From Anthoceros angustus (Eukaryota > Plantae > Anthocerotophyta), in NCBI GenBank assembly GCA_010909165.1, contig MU008182.1, positions 558,001-622,000 on the forward strand: a stretch of 64,000 bases of DNA, written 5' to 3'. Made by a program: the position numbers and the translations under genes. The notes under the pieces were generated by a model. It was not told the DNA's origin and ran no database searches. It was given only the letters and a program-made list of their open reading frames with translations. Position 1 is the first letter of the stretch, and each line of letters opens with the position of its first letter. Below, one piece after another: positions 47,589-58,969 of the stretch.

Positions 47589-48524
47589 TTTTATACAAAC
47601 ATATAAAATCTCATAGGATGTTATTGATTTATTTATTAAACAATAAGGTATACATATCTATTATGTAGTACCAATAAGGAGTGAGCACCACCCAAAAACT
47701 GAAGTTAGGGTTTCGTCCGCAGGATGAAGTGCTTGGCTTTGGATGAGCAAGGCCGAGCGCTTGGATGGGAGAGCTAGCAATGATTTTGTGTGGAGTCTTG
47801 ATGCTGTAGCCAACAGGCGTGGATGGCTAAGATTCTAGCTTGTACTCTGTTGTAAATAACGAGCAGCATCTCGTGTAACGTGGCCTGCGAGTCGTCAAGG
47901 ACGGTGGGCTACTTGGAGCTTGGATCCTAGTATGTATTGAGAGGAAGATACTATTGTGAGGTCCCACAACTTGCAGATGTAGCAACGAAGTTGTTGAACA
48001 ATCCTCCAACAGCAACTAGAGGGCAAAGGAACTGGAGCGTATGGGAACATGTCAGTAGGAAACAATAAAATATTGGGAAAGGTGGCCTGCAGCAAGCACA
48101 CGCAAGGGAGGTTGTATGTAGAGGTCCTCCTATAAGAGGAGGAGGACTTAACAAAGTAAAGTATCACGTCTTGCACTTCCATACTCGCGAGTCCTTTACT
48201 CCTTGTAAAGGAATTTTGTGCCGGCTGCAAGCCAATGCAGTGTCTGGTAGAGAGGAAGTTTGTGGTGGTCAGAGTACTTGGTAGAGAGCTCGCTCTCCAC
48301 GGGCGCCTCGACGAGTGGCTCCCCTTGTGAATGGTTGCTGTGAAATTGCTTTGCTTTGGGTGTGTAGCGATGCCCAAGGAACTCTCGGCTCAAGGGTAGA
48401 CTACAGGGAAAGACTCCCTGGAGGTTCTCGCTGTCTGGTGTCAAAACCATAGCAACCGGCCCAAGGAAGAACTTGCTGGCTTGTAGACGGACCCCAAGCA
48501 GTTGTGCCATAAGGGCGAGTCGGG

Positions 48525-48590
48525 GTCAGTGAGCCAGAAGTGAAGTTAGATTAGGACCTCCTAATCTAACTTCACTTCTGGCTCACTGAC
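48525..48590. repeat. Perfect 32-bp inverted repeat with a 2-nt loop
   Basis: gtcagtgagccagaagtgaagttagattagga-cc-tcctaatctaacttcacttctggctcactgac. Confidence 0.97.
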
Positions 48591-49029
48591 TCGGAGGACG
48601 ATGAGTTGAGTTGATCGTTGAGGAGGATGATGAGTAGAGGATTAGAGTGTAGGAAATAGTGGAAGGCCAAAAGCAGAGCCTAAGGGACGAATCCCAAATT
48701 TGTAATAAGAAGGTGCCCAAATTGTTGGAGGAGTTAGTCTTAGAGGTGGGGACGAAATCGCGGCGTGGGTCAGGGAGTCCGTGGACGCCCGTGGTGGACT
48801 CCTTTCCGCTGAGGCATGGCCTTATACAGTTGTGTAGTGTGTCGGGAGTGGGTCCTGAGGGGACTGAGGTTGTGAATGGGTGCAGGCAACGATTGATCTC
48901 GCAGAATCCGGCTGTTCACACAAGTCTCATGGGACTAAACCCAACGTACTGAGCGACAGTGGGATAAGTGTGGCCATTAGAGGGTGAATCTCGGAAGCCC
49001 CAGGGTTTTCCTCCCACAGCCAACCAATC

Positions 49030-49200
49030 GGCTATCAGCCAGAGTTTCTAATACTATGGTGGACAACAGGAAGGGACACGTGCTGATCAATGGATATGCT
49101 CCTAAGCTCGTCCTCCTTGAAACAAGAGCGCAGCCGGTGATCATTGGCAAGAACTTGGCAACCATATTGCACTTGAGTGGTCCAGCCTGCGTCGCTCACC
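49030..49200 (+). mobile_element. Ty3/gypsy aspartic-protease remnant
   Basis: GHVLINGYAPKLVLLETRAQPVIIGKNLA; canonical LLDTGA motif mutated. Confidence 0.6.
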
Positions 49201-50549
49201 CTGGAATATTCGAAGAGCATCAGTGTCAGGAGACTACCAAGACTGCCAGGACTGTCCCAGCCATGGGACATGATCCTGATCGGGATATTGGGTCGGTGGC
49301 CTTAGAATGTGATCCCACGGATCAGCTGGACATGCGGCAACCATATCGCCGAACACGCTAAGGTAAGGAAAATGAACACAAACTTAACCAATATTTTCCT
49401 TTATGGCATATTGCATGTATTTTGGATGATTTGCTGCTGTCCCATAGAGATGTACAAAGTTTAGGAGATAACCATCACTGGAGCATGGATTTTCATCTGC
49501 GACCATTAGCACGTTCTGTGTGCTAGAAATAATGTAAGTGCAACATACCCTACTAGAAAAGGGCAGCCTATGTTACAGTCGTTGTTGCAATTTTATGTTA
49601 CACTTCCAAATTGCAACAAGCTATGTAGGCTTGGTATTAAGTTTGACACTATTCCCTTCTCATTTTGTCACCATCTTAACACGAACCTGACTCTCTCCCT
49701 CATCACCTCACCCTCCTAAGTACACCCTCTCTCTCACAAGCATTGTTTATGATTTCAAACATATACTATGCAAACCTGCTTATGTTACAGTCCTTTGTTA
49801 CAATTTCATGTAACACTTTCCATTTGGAACACTCATTAAGTTAGTTGGCTTGGTGTTAAGTTTGTGATACTCTTCTCCACCTTCTCTCACCATCTTAACA
49901 ACATGCAAGTGGTCTGTTGACCTTACACCTCACCATTAAGAGCTTAGCATTAAGTTTGTTGGCTTGGTGTTAAGTTTGTGATTTTCTTCTCCACCTTCTC
50001 TCACCATCTTAACAACTCGCCTTTGGTCTCTCCTTTCACCTCACACTCCTAGTTAATGCTCGATGACACCCATTTTATAATTTTTCCCTCTTTGTGTTGC
50101 AACATGTGTTCCCTCTCACGCTACTATTTTATTCTTCCCTCTTGCTTTTCCTACATGATAGTAACCAGGAACTCTATCTCTCTCCCTGTGGTTGTCATTC
50201 TCTTTCCATTTTGCCTCCTTTGCATAGCTATGCATTTATAATCTACCTTCCCTCTTCAATGCACCCTTGTGTCCACATCTGGTTTTGTTTTTAAGCTCCA
50301 CATACACAATTGAAAACTCTTGTTTTTACCTGATTATGTATAGTAGGATTCTAGATTATTTATATGTCTATCTATATATACGGTTTGCAAGACCCACTTG
50401 TTGTGTATATTCCTATATATATATGTATATATATATATATATATATACGTATTTATGTATGTATATATATGTATTTATACTTACATATATTTGTAACCTA
50501 AACATAATATTATTTACCTATGTCTAAGTTCATGGGTGCGAGGCTCACT

Positions 50550-50990
50550 CTACGTTCGGAGACAAGGAGGAGGACGGGGAGAGGAGGAGGAGGAAGAGGA
50601 GGAGAGGAGGAGAGGAGGAAGGGGAGAGGCAAGGAGGAAAAGGGGGAAAGGGATATGAGGTAGAGGAGGAGGAGGAGTAGGAGGAGGAGGAGGAGGAGGA
50701 GGAAGGCGAGAGGGAAGGAGGAGGCGAAGGAGGGAGGGGAGATTATAAGGAGGAGGAGGGAAGATGGAAAATAAGAGGAGCAAGAGGAGGGAGAGGATGG
50801 AGGTAGAGGAGGAGGAGGAGAGGAGGAGGAGGAGGAGGAGGAGAGGAAGGGCGAGAGGGAAGGACGAGGAGGGGGAAAGCGAAAGGACAGGAGGGGGAGA
50901 TTATAAGGAGGAGGAGGGGAAGATGGAAAATAAGAGGAGCAAGAGGAGGGGGAGAGGGGAAGGAGGGGGAGGAAGGAGGGGGCATCATAT
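50550..50990 (+). repeat. Polypurine (GGA/GAG) tract with an internal ~100-bp duplicated block, preceded by (TA)n at ~50410-50470
   Basis: Almost pure A/G on the + strand; gattataaggaggaggag..gaagatggaaaataagaggagcaagaggagg occurs twice. Confidence 0.95.
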
Positions 50991-51209
50991 ATGTAAGTTT
51001 TCCTTTACTTTCCAACATGGATATGACGGACATTTTGACTCGACTACGGTTCTTACCAGCTACCCAAATTTTGATTGCGAATTTGAAAGGAGACGGCGTG
51101 GTGACGGTGGGGCCTCGCGGTCGAATTGTGCGCGGTGGCACGTGATCGCAGATACGTCGATGGCGTGGCGTCCACGTTCGGCAAGCGAATGTGCGCTTAT
51201 CGCCCAATG

Positions 51210-53797
51210 TTGCCGTGGTAGTGCGGTGTTCAACGCCTGGGCGTTTCACAACCCGGTGCGGTGGCAAGATGCCACTCACCTTTGCTAAGTACAAACAGCC
51301 TCCTCTTCTATCTTTTCCGACGGATCACGCTTTCACTCTTGGTCCGGACCGGATCTGCTCCTCCTCATTTGTGGGTCCCACCGGATCCGCCAAAGAACTT
51401 GGTTTTGTACGAATGCCGATTTGATGTCACCGGACATTGCGCGTCCACCGTGTGCTCACCCTTTCTCACGATGGTGCGGATGCTGGTACTTCGGTCTACG
51501 AGGAATGGGTTTCAATCTACCACCGCAAAGAATCGGGTTGAGGATGGATAGTCTTTCCAATTGTGCCCGACATCCCCGTGCCACCCGCGATTGCGCTTGG
51601 TGTGATGTGCTTCAAGTAAAGGAAACAGTGAAAAATAAACACCAACAAGTCCGGATCACTGCAGGGAAGAGTGCGTGTGAATTGCGGTGCACAAGGAGGG
51701 GCGGAGAACCACCGCCCACCGAGGGCATTTTGGAGCAACCTCGCCGAGAGAGGAAAGTGGCATCAAGGAAGATCCATGAACCGTGTCAGATCCGGATCAT
51801 GGTTGAGTGCCGTGTTTAGCGGGTGAGGCAAATGAGGACTTTCGAGCTCGAATTCGAACCCACCACCGGTGGATGGTAATGCGCCTCTTACTTGGGATAC
51901 TTTTTTCAGCTCGCTGCTTCCATTTTTGCTCGCCATCGGACACATGGCCAATTGACTTTGTTTCCGCTTGTTATTTCACCGTAGTTGCACTGCACTCTTC
52001 GAGCTCGGCCCGCTCGCAAATCGCAGTCCGCTATCTAATCGAGTCTAAGCTCGTTGGCGCATGAGCAGCACGTGAATGGAGTGCCGTGGCCGCGTGTGTT
52101 CAACTCGCCTAGACGTCACAACCGAAGCGGCAAGATGCCACTCACCTTTGCTGTACAAACCTCCTCTATCTTTTCCGACCGGATCACGCTTTCACTCTTG
52201 GTCCGGACCAGATCCTCCCTCCTCATTTGTGGGTCCGGTTCACGGATCGGCCAGCAACTTGGTTTTGTACGAATGCCGATTTGATGTCACCGGACATTGC
52301 GCGTCCACCGTGTGCTCACCCTTTCTCACGATGGTGCGGATGCTGGTACTTCGGTCTACGAGGAATGGGTTTCAATCCATCCCGATCCGCAAAGAATCGG
52401 GTTGAGGATGGATAGTCTTTCCAATTGTGCCCGACATCCCCGTGCCACCGCGATTGCGCTTGGTGTGATGTGCTTCAAGTAAAAGGAAACAGTGAAAAAT
52501 AAACACCAACAAGTCCGGATCACTGCAGGGAAGAGTGCGTGAATTGCACAAGGAGGGGCGGAGAACCACCGCCCACCGAGGGCATTTTGGAGCAACCTCG
52601 CCGAGAGAGGAAAGTGGCATCAAGGAAGATCCATGAACCGTGTCAGATCCGGATCATGGTTGAGTGCCGTGTTTAGCGGGTGAGGCAAATGAGGACTTTC
52701 GAGCTCGAATTCGAACCCACCACCGGTGGATGGTAATGCGCCTCTTACTTGGGATACTTTTTTCAGCTCGCTGCTTCCATTTTTGCTCGCCATCGGACAC
52801 ATGGCCAATTGACTTTGTTTCCGCTTGTTATTTCACCGTAGTTGCACTGCACTCTTCGAGCTCGGCCCGCTCGCAAATCGCAGTCCGCTATCTAATCGAG
52901 TCTAAGCTCGTTGGCGCATGAGCAAAGACGTGAATGGAGTGCCGTGGCCGCGTGTGTTCAACTCGCCTAGACGTCACAACCGAAGCGGCAAGATGCCACT
53001 CACCTTTGCTGTACAAACCTCCTCTATCTTTTCCGACCGGATCACGCTTTCACTCTTGGTCCGGACCAGATCCTCCCTCCTCATTTGTGGGTCCGGGCCA
53101 CGATCCGCCAGAACTTGGTTTTGTACGAATGCCGATTTGATGTCACCGGACATTGCGCGTCCACCGTGTGCTCACCCTTTCTCACGATGGTGCGGATGCT
53201 GGTACTTCGGTCTACGAGGAATGGGTTTCAATCGCTATCCGATCCACCGCAAAGAATCGGGTTAGAGGATGGATAGTCTTTCCAATTGTGCCCGACATCC
53301 TGTACACCGCGATTGCGCTTGGTGTGATGTGCTTCAAGCGAAGAAACAAAGGAAAATAAACACCAACAAGTCCGGATCACTGCAGGGAAGAGTGCGTGAA
53401 TTGCGGTGCACAAGGAGGGGCGGAGAACCACCGCCCACCGAGGGCATTTTGGAGCAACCTCGAGAGAGGAAAGTGGCATCAAGGAAGATCCATGAACCGT
53501 GTCAGATCCGGATCATGGTTGAGTGCCGTGTTTAGCGGGTGAGGCGGATGAGGACTTTCGAGCTCGAATTCGTAACCCACCACCGGTGGATGGTAATGCA
53601 CCTCTTACTTGGGATACTTTTTTCAGCTCGCTTCCATTTTTGCTCGCCATCGGACACATGGCCAATTGACTTTGTTTCCGCTTGTTATTTCACCGTAGCG
53701 ACTGACTCTTCGAGCTCGGCCCGCTCCGCAAATCGCAGTCCGCTATCTAATCGAGTCTAAGCTCGCTGGCGCATGAGCAGCACGTGAATGGAGTGCC
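51210..53797 (+). repeat. Three tandem copies of an ~860-bp GC-rich unit inside the CCCTA element
   Basis: Anchor ggcaagatgccactcacctttgct at 51263, 52129 and 52987. Confidence 0.95.
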
Positions 53798-55416
53798 GGT
53801 GGCGCAAATTGGAGGACAGCTTCCATGGTTTTATGCTTAGCTTCTTGGAGTTAACGCTTTTTCCGTCCATCTTTACCATGCTAGACCACCACTGGCATGA
53901 CCGACGCATTATGCATTGTAAGGTTCATGGATGAAACTTGTTTGTTCTCACAATGTAGGAATTTGATCATGTTTGGTATACGCTTGCTCAAATCCCGAGG
54001 AAGGTGTGAACCGAACTTTATTGATTTCTGTATGTACCGCTTTGTTTTGTCCTTAGTTTGCTCTGCGTGTGGTCTCGCTTGTTCAAATTATTAGATTGCG
54101 CTTTTGCAAGTGGGCCAAAGAATGTGGTAGCTTGACTTTTGATGGAAAGGCTCTCGAGCAAGTGATGGAAAATCAGAAGAGATGGGTGGGATTAATGTCA
54201 AGTCGTCGGCTTGCAATGTAGCTTGTGCAATTTCCGTCCACCTTACAACTGACATGCTTGTCGTTGTTGCACGATGAAAGGAATGCAACTAGTCACAGAG
54301 CTTGAGATGCACGCGTCTCAACTATTATAACTAAGGTGAAAATGTTCAAAACTATGTTCTTTTGCCACGGCTTGAGGGTCAAGCTTTATAAGGAGAAGGA
54401 GGAAGGAGGAGGAGGAGGAGATGGGGAGGAGATGGGAAGAAGGAGGAGGGGAGAGGAAAGGAAGAGGAGGAGGCCTGCTCCATGCCGTGATTTTAAGTAG
54501 AGACCCGCTTCACGTGATTCAATTTTTCAGGCGCGTAACCAATGTGACATGATGTTGGTGAAGGGATTGTGGCGGGCGGATCATGTGTACACAAGAAGCA
54601 AATCTTGTACTTGCGAGCATTGCAAGGTCGAGCCAAGACCGTACATCGTGATTTCTGTCAAATTTTTCAGTTGTTGCGTAACTAGCTAACGGATCAACAG
54701 CTCACGGATGCGTCACAATAAGGTGTTAGGTGGGACAGTATCTTCTTGGGCGCCATGGTAGGAAGCCGATGGCTATTGGTGACGTGGGAAGGACAAACCG
54801 CAAGCCGGCATGCTATAAAGTAGGGGTATAAAGGGCCGTCGATATTTACACATATAGTAAATACAAGGTATCATAGCATGAATATGTACAGACCAGTGTA
54901 CGTATGTAATACACGTAATATACAAACTTATTTTATATGAAATTGAATACGCCCGTATAGCACTTAAAATAATATAGTACATTTATCGCCGTAGACTACA
55001 TGCGTATAGTATAAGGATACATGTATTTATACATGGTCGTATTGATGGGCGTATCGGTGGTAACTACCTAGTAAAACATGGTATTCCAAAGGGCAAAAGT
55101 AAAAGGGCAATGGTGGATGGGGAGGAGGTTCGGTACCAAGCCTCCAAAAGTGTTACAAGACCTCTCTTGTAACACTTTAGATGTTGCAATCATGTTGCAA
55201 TTTTGACAGAGGGCACCTCTCACTTCATCTTAACATAATTGCAACACCATTGCAACATGATTGCAACAACAGACGTGGTATGGTTTCCAAGCCAAAGTGT
55301 AACAAGGGGCCCAAAAAGTGTTACATGGCCCCAAAATTGCAACATGAGTGTTACATCAAGGGGTCCAAATCTTAACATAAAGTGTAACATAGGCTGCCCT
55401 TTTCTAGTAGGGATAT

Positions 55417-56218
55417 GAAGTAGAAATAAGCTAAGGTAAAGATAAAGAGCACCCTAAAATGACTAAAACTAAAGTATCTTCATGAAAGACTAAAATTAAA
55501 GTATCCTCTTAAAAGTGAAGGCAAAGAAAGGCCAAGGGCCAAGGGCCAAGGGGATAAAGTCAAGTGCCAATAGGAGTTGTGGCAAGTTGTTATCATGCCA
55601 CTTGCAATGAGCTAGGAGCTAGGGAGTGTGCTCTAGTGGTATATAGCAGCATGCTCCTGTGTTCCTAGCTAGCAATAAAGTAGAAATAAGTTAAGGTAAA
55701 GAGTGCCCTAAAATAACTAAAACTAAAGTATCCTCTTGAAAGTGAAGGCAAAGAAAGGCCAAGGGGTAAAGGGGCAAGTCAAGTAGCCAATAGGAGCTGA
55801 AGCAAGTTGTTATCATGCCTCCTGCAATGAGCTAGGAGCTAGGGAGTTAGTCTCCTATATAATCTAGGCTACCTTGTAGCATAGTGTGGTGTGCTCTAGT
55901 GGTGTGTAGTGACATGCCATGTGTTTCCTAGCTAGCAATACCCCATAATGCTTGGGGATTGTTTGTCTTTCATTTTTTATAAAGGGAAGCACCAACTAAT
56001 GGGCTTGCGTGATCGGTAGTCTAAGCTTGAGTTCCCTTTTGCAGAGTGAGCTCACTTTGTGAAGGCTGGTGCTGGAATAAGGTGCCAGTGAATCCATCCC
56101 AGTAGGTCTAGACTTCCTCGCCTATGAGATAGGGTGCCATGCTTGAAGGCATCAGTTCTCTCTTCGGTTTAATTGGACGTTGTCCTCATGCTTGTGAGGT
56201 GTGTGTGAATTCCGGACA
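55417..56218 (+). mobile_element. LTR-like segment containing a ~260-bp tandem duplication (55417-55677 and 55678-55940); probably the host of the CCCTA insertion
   Basis: Duplicated aagtagaaataag..cctagctagcaata blocks; ends tccggaCA, roughly inverse to TGtcagga at 49224; no matching TSD found. Confidence 0.4.
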
Positions 56219-56289
56219 CACATAAGCTTGGGAACATTGAAGGCACCTGGTTTTTGCCCGGACAGACCATTCACTTCAAGGGACAGCTT

Positions 56290-57152
56290 CAAAAGCAAGC
56301 TTAGCTTTCACAAGTCTGCTATATCCTGCGACCCTGCGATCTGCATCAAAAGAGTGGTCGGAAATCTTTGGCAGGGCTTATAGGCTTGAAAAATATGAAA
56401 AATGGAGTGTTGGACAGTGCAGGGCTGCATTCGAAGGGCCAACTCCAGCTGCACGCGCAAGTTCGGTGAACAATCGAAGTTGCAGGAAGACTGGATGGGC
56501 ATGTGTCGACGTCGTCTGCCAACGACTCGCGGGGCAGCTTGCCGCCACCATCCTTGGACGTAGCCCAGCCCGCACAGCTCTTTGCTCAGAAAGTAGTTTC
56601 TCAAGATGAAATGGTCACCCTCTCCGGTAATTCAATCCAGCCAAACAGAGCTCCCATAGACTGCATGCAACATTTTTATTCTGAACAGCTCTGAATGACC
56701 TTTTTTTCACACTGAATGTCTCACCCAACTTGTTTCAACTTCTTCGTGGACACATATCAATTTGGCAAGCTCATTCTGGGACATGCATTCGCGAACCGCA
56801 TCTACCCCTCCAACCCAGATACCACATCGGACGCCAAGTATGCCAAGAAGCTGAACCAGCTGTGCCCAGCTGCAGCCCCAGCCATAGTGCTGGTGAACAT
56901 GGAGCCCACCACCAAGAGGTTTGACAACAGGTACTACTCCCAGCTGCTCAAGAACAGAGACCGTTTCACATCGGACCAGGTGCTGGCTAGGAATCCCGCC
57001 ACCCGCCTACTGTGGTGAAAAATGCCAACAGCCAGACTCAAGTTTCCGCTCTCCAAGTTCACATCAAGGCTATGGTGCACATGGGCCAAGTAAAGGACGT
57101 CACAAGGAGCCAAGGCAACGTCAGGCTGAACTGCAGCGTCTTCAATTCGTGA
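56290..57152 (+). pseudogene. Class III secretory peroxidase pseudogene; the N-terminal exon with the distal His was not found
   Basis: GRLDGHVS..LPPPSLDV..LFAQK..EMVTLSG; FANRIY..KYAKKLNQLCP; FDNRYYSQLLKN..FTSDQVL; AMVHMGQV..QGNVRLNCSVFNS*; several frameshifts. Confidence 0.9.
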
Positions 57153-57550
57153 CACCACTCTTCTGTCTTCACCCCATTTGTACCAATACCATTCGTAAGT
57201 ACAGATGTCAAAGAAAACCTGCTGCAACCTGCCTCACATGAGAAGCGCTTCTCACAATGTTCACTCACAAAACTACCAAAGCATGGCCAAAGAGGATGAG
57301 CACGATCTAAGCGACACAAAAGTTATTCCATACTCAACAGAGGGGGTAGAGTAGTTCACATCCCTTCTTGCAGCCTGCAGTCATGTGGGCTTGGTGAATG
57401 CAGCCGGCCGGCAGTATTTTAAAGCAATGTCAGAAACATATGGAATACCCCCAATATTGAGCACTACATCTGAAGAAACATTGACGTACGTAGTGGGCCG
57501 TGCAGGCTACTTGTACGATGCGGAACCTTTTCTGTAGAGCATGCCAGTTA

Positions 57551-57718
57551 GGCATGGTAGTGTGGGTTTGACATCTGTGCTTTTTGCGTGGCATGGTAGT
57601 GTGGGTTTGACATCTCTGCTTTTTGCGTGGCATGGTAGTGTGGGTTTGACATCTTTGCTTTTTGCGTGGCATGGTAGTGTGGGTTTGACATCTTTGCTTT
57701 CTGCATGCAGAAAGCATG
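57551..57718 (+). repeat. 39-bp tandem repeat, 4 copies (gcatggtagtgtgggtttgacatctttgctttttgcgtg)
   Basis: Near-identical head-to-tail units without spacers. Confidence 0.95.
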
Positions 57719-58969
57719 GCAATATAGAACTTGGAAGATGCTACTCAATCAGCTATTGCAACATGAAGCGATCAACAGCCTGCTAGCTATGTGCTCATGT
57801 CCAATATGCATGCCGATGCTGTTACTGTTACTATTATAAAGAGGGTAATTTCGCACTGAAGCCACACACCAGGAGGCCAGGACGCTAGCAGGTGCACGTT
57901 GGAGGAAGCAAACACAGGTAAACCATATGAAGAAATCTGCTGGTACTCAAACGAAGACGAGACGGATGATAATTCCTAACCTCTCCGAAGGGAACCTAAG
58001 CTGTTTCGTCAGCTTGCTCTCATTAGGATTCGCCATTTTTGTAAGCTGTGCTCCTTGAACATGCACCGCCACTTTGCATTCACTCTCAGTCTCCGGAAGC
58101 CAAGATGTTTGGAGCAGACTTTGCACAGGGTCATCATTGGCTGAGTGGTATAGAGGAGGACACTTAAAGCTATAGCTTCCCTCGCTGCTGAATACCATTG
58201 AGTGAGGAGGGCTCCTAATTATAATCGTGAAGGGTTCGATGTGGATTTGGGATGCTATTATTTTTGAAAAGAAGCTACGTTTTTGAAAAGAAGGGCCAAT
58301 AGCCAACAAATAGAAGAAATTGCTGAAACTATTAGCACTGGACAACGGGATTGCAAGATTGTTCAAGAGTTTCTTTTTCAGCATCATAGTTTCTTCGTGG
58401 ATCCATACTTCATATTAAAGCAACTGATAACTAAGAAACGAGACTACCCCTAGCATCTCGAGAAGACAATGTCTTAACACAAGTGGACAAACTGAGAGCT
58501 GCAAAAAGTGAAGCTTGCGCAAAGAGCTGTACAAACCTTCACCAGCAATGAGACGCTCAAGCTCGCTGGAGACCGAACTGGGGTAGTACCGAACATCGTG
58601 ACAATATTGCATGAACAATGTGCGTAAACTCCTCATAGTACCTACGTCCTGGCGAGTAGTACTTGCCTCCTTAGTTGGACAAGTTACATCTTGCTCAACA
58701 CCAAAAAGTTGCCCTTGCTTGATCTTTAGTTAGTGCATGCCTACTTAGGAAATGTGATTCGTGTGGATGTTCCAAGTTCTGACAAATTGTGTCTTCTCTC
58801 AAGGTCATGATAAGTATCCAGCATTGATGTGTCCAAGGAACTCGGCCCTCTCATATTAGTAGTTCCTGTGTCAATTCGCATGGAGCATTCAAGTATTATG
58901 TATGAGTTCTTCTATTGAAGAAAAGGTAGCCCTTGCTTCATCCTAATACAAGCCTACCTAATTATTTTT

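Larger units (their letters stand above)
49548..55412. mobile_element. Non-autonomous CACTA(EnSpm)-like DNA transposon with CCCTA termini, 5865 bp
   Basis: Perfect 30-bp TIRs ccctactagaaaagggcagcctatgttaca (49548-49577; reverse complement at 55383-55412); 3-bp TSD ATA (49545-47 and 55413-15); subterminal tgtaac/gttaca/ttgcaac repeats at both ends; no transposase recognised inside. Confidence 0.93.

Noticed and set aside
48196-48510. SDH-like and GHLS..Y-like motifs suggesting a LINE endonuclease or tyrosine recombinase
   Set aside because: Motifs too short and frames disrupted; cannot be assigned without a search.
50743-51294. Arg/Glu-rich and Pro-rich ORFs
   Set aside because: Translation of the polypurine tract; no domain.
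51261-53760. Many 60-130 aa ORFs in the satellite
   Set aside because: Frames differ between copies because of indels; no recognisable motifs.
57551-57718. 39-bp repeats and their ORFs as a CRISPR array or repeat protein
   Set aside because: Head-to-tail units without spacers; the ORFs are a by-product of a unit length divisible by three.
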